Shown: positions 33,781-35,324 of the stretch, one piece after another
Layout of the letters: every line of letters begins with the position of its first letter
Position numbering within the stretch: position 1 is the stretch's first letter
From: a virus
Lineage: Duplodnaviria > Caudoviricetes
Virus record (IMG/VR): IMGVR_UViG_3300048083_000047
Coordinates: 1-35,324 of that record
Length of the DNA: 35,324 nt
Strand: one strand, 5' to 3'
Translations under genes and position numbers: made by a program
Notes under the pieces: model-generated
Seen by the model: the letters and a program-made list of their open reading frames with translations, nothing else
The model's database searches: none
Told to the model about the DNA's origin: nothing

Positions 33781-34895
33781 TGGGATGGAGCGGATTTCCA
33801 CTGTCCGAAGGTGACGACTGGGCGCGGCCGGCCGTGCTCAATCAGATTGTCGCGGCTTACAACGAGCGGGCCAGAGTCATCAGAGAGGTTGTTTGGTCTG
33901 GTTTTGTGGATTTGCCCGAGTTCGCTATAGGCGACGACGTTCAATCGCGGTCAACATTGTTGAACCTGCAGTCAAAAGTATCTAAGATGGCCGACTATTT
34001 CGGGTGCGACCCCATCCCGACCGAATCGCTCAGCCCCGTTTATCCCATTTTTTGGCAATCCGATGCGCAAGCCGTGCCATATAGGCGAAAGTATCCACGT
34101 AGCGTGAACTATACAAGCAGCCCCGGTTCAACCGGACAACGGGCATGGGTAGGCGTCGCTGGATACGGGAAAGTACATCAATACAGCGGTACTGCTTGGG
34201 TTCCTTCAACAGATCAAACAATCCCACCAGACACACTGGAGGCTTACGGCGGCGTTTTGGCTGGGGACTACATTGGGCCATGGATCTTAAATGACCTGTA
34301 CTCCAGCCTAAATAATTACCATTCTCTGCTTCACCAGGTTTTCGTTGAGAGTGTCGTCTCGGGTTACCAATGGTCCTCGGATGGGTATTTCGACACCAGA
34401 GAGGCTGCGGTCGCTTCTGCGACCAGCAACCAGACTGCTTTTGTGCCGTCTGCATATAGAGATAGCGCGCCTTTGGTCGTGTCTTCAGTCAGTCAACGAA
34501 GCCTAACCCCCCAGTGGAGCGCTGGCGCTACGAGACTTACTCGTATCTTCACGCCCACAATATCGAGTTACCGCCCTGCCTTCGCCCGTCTTTGGATGCA
34601 TATAAATACACAGCACGGCGAGGTCTACTACCCATTCGAGTCTCATGGCGACGCAGTAACTTTAGGATGGATGAAGTTTCACGATGGTCCGATTTCTCCC
34701 GGTACTCCCTTCAAGCCAAACACAGTGGACACAAGTGTAGTGCCGTCATTTTCATCAGAAACTGGGGTGCGTGGTTGGGGCTCTGGGTTATCGACGTATT
34801 CTCACCCTTACTGGGGCCCAATAGTAGCATTTGGGGTCACTTACACCTTCGAGTATTCGGACGGCCTGCCCGGCGGCGGGCTGTCTGGCGCGTGA
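33780..34895 (+). CDS. Putative tail-tip/host-interaction protein, lower GC (371 aa)
   Basis: TGATG overlap; S/T/Y/W-rich; visibly more AT-rich than flanks. Confidence 0.55.
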   Translation: MGWSGFPLSEGDDWARPAVLNQIVAAYNERARVIREVVWSGFVDLPEFAIGDDVQSRSTLLNLQSKVSKMADYFGCDPIPTESLSPVYPIFWQSDAQAVPYRRKYPRSVNYTSSPGSTGQRAWVGVAGYGKVHQYSGTAWVPSTDQTIPPDTLEAYGGVLAGDYIGPWILNDLYSSLNNYHSLLHQVFVESVVSGYQWSSDGYFDTREAAVASATSNQTAFVPSAYRDSAPLVVSSVSQRSLTPQWSAGATRLTRIFTPTISSYRPAFARLWMHINTQHGEVYYPFESHGDAVTLGWMKFHDGPISPGTPFKPNTVDTSVVPSFSSETGVRGWGSGLSTYSHPYWGPIVAFGVTYTFEYSDGLPGGGLSGA

Positions 34896-34910
34896 TCTAG
34901 GTTTACTTCG

Positions 34911-35324
34911 TCAAAAGAACACCGCCGGCCGGACGCCGAAGAACTCGCCCAGCTTGACCATCACCGCCTTGCTCATCGGACGCCGGCCCGAGAGGATCAG
35001 TGAGGCGTTGGCTTGGCTGCCCACCACCTCGCCCAGCTCGCCCACGGTCATGGCGCGGGCTTCCATCAGGCTCTTGAGCACGTCCAGCCCCGAGGCTTGG
35101 GCCGTGGCGTCGTCTTCCTGGCGGCGATCGTAGTCCTCGATCAGCACGGTGAGCGCGTCGAGGTAGTCCTGCTCGCCAAGCGACAGGCTGCCCTCGTCGG
35201 CCGGGGCCAGCTCGCGGACCATCGCCATCGCTTGGTCGTGGGCCCGCCGGCCGCGGATGGGCCGCAGCGGCAAGCGGCGTACCAAGCTCAGGTAGTCGGG
35301 ATGCAGCTTCACGGCAGCGCTCAT
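34911..35324 (-). CDS. higA: HigA-type HTH antitoxin
   Basis: PLRPIR..., YLDALTVLIEDYD, LKSLME..., GSQANASLILSGRRPMS....KLGEFF; the cognate toxin would lie beyond the window edge. Confidence 0.88.
   Translation of the reverse strand: MSAAVKLHPDYLSLVRRLPLRPIRGRRAHDQAMAMVRELAPADEGSLSLGEQDYLDALTVLIEDYDRRQEDDATAQASGLDVLKSLMEARAMTVGELGEVVGSQANASLILSGRRPMSKAVMVKLGEFFGVRPAVFF

Larger units (their letters stand above)
1..35324 (+). mobile_element. Temperate siphovirus-type (HK97-like head) prophage, near complete; att sites not identified
   Basis: Integrase, replication, packaging, head and non-contractile tail modules in canonical co-oriented order; many ATGA/GTGA gene overlaps. Boundaries are not resolvable from this window. 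Confidence 0.93.

Overview
High-GC window that is almost entirely one temperate siphovirus-type prophage, nearly all on the + strand. The integrase, methyltransferase and TerL N-terminus resemble Planctomycetota (Phycisphaerae-like) homologs as I recall them; this host call is inference. Gene order is: tyrosine integrase; hairpin-rich early leaders; early genes (FlgM-like membrane protein, Zn-finger protein, ParB-like, J-domain, HNH/wHTH, PolX); an inverted BrnT-like/HTH toxin-antitoxin pair; a replication initiator with internal 22-bp iterons; a holin-like/lipobox fusion; a sigma70-like factor; a ComEA-like protein; a cluster of adhesin/virion-like genes (LRR protein, Ig+trypsin protease) placed before the packaging genes; a second sigma factor; HNH; probable cos; ParB-MTase; TerS/TerL; HK97 portal, protease and capsid; head-tail genes; tail tube; chaperone with -1 frameshift; tape measure; three tail-tip candidates; and a convergent HigA at the right edge. 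The most notable observations are (i) a possible phage sigma/anti-sigma network (FlgM-like protein, an unannotated FliA-region-4-like frame directly behind the ParB TGA, two sigma factors), (ii) a duplicated three-hairpin leader RNA, (iii) a holin-lipobox fusion with no recognisable endolysin, and (iv) ComEA-like, LRR and protease cargo. All assignments come from motifs read by eye; no searches were run.
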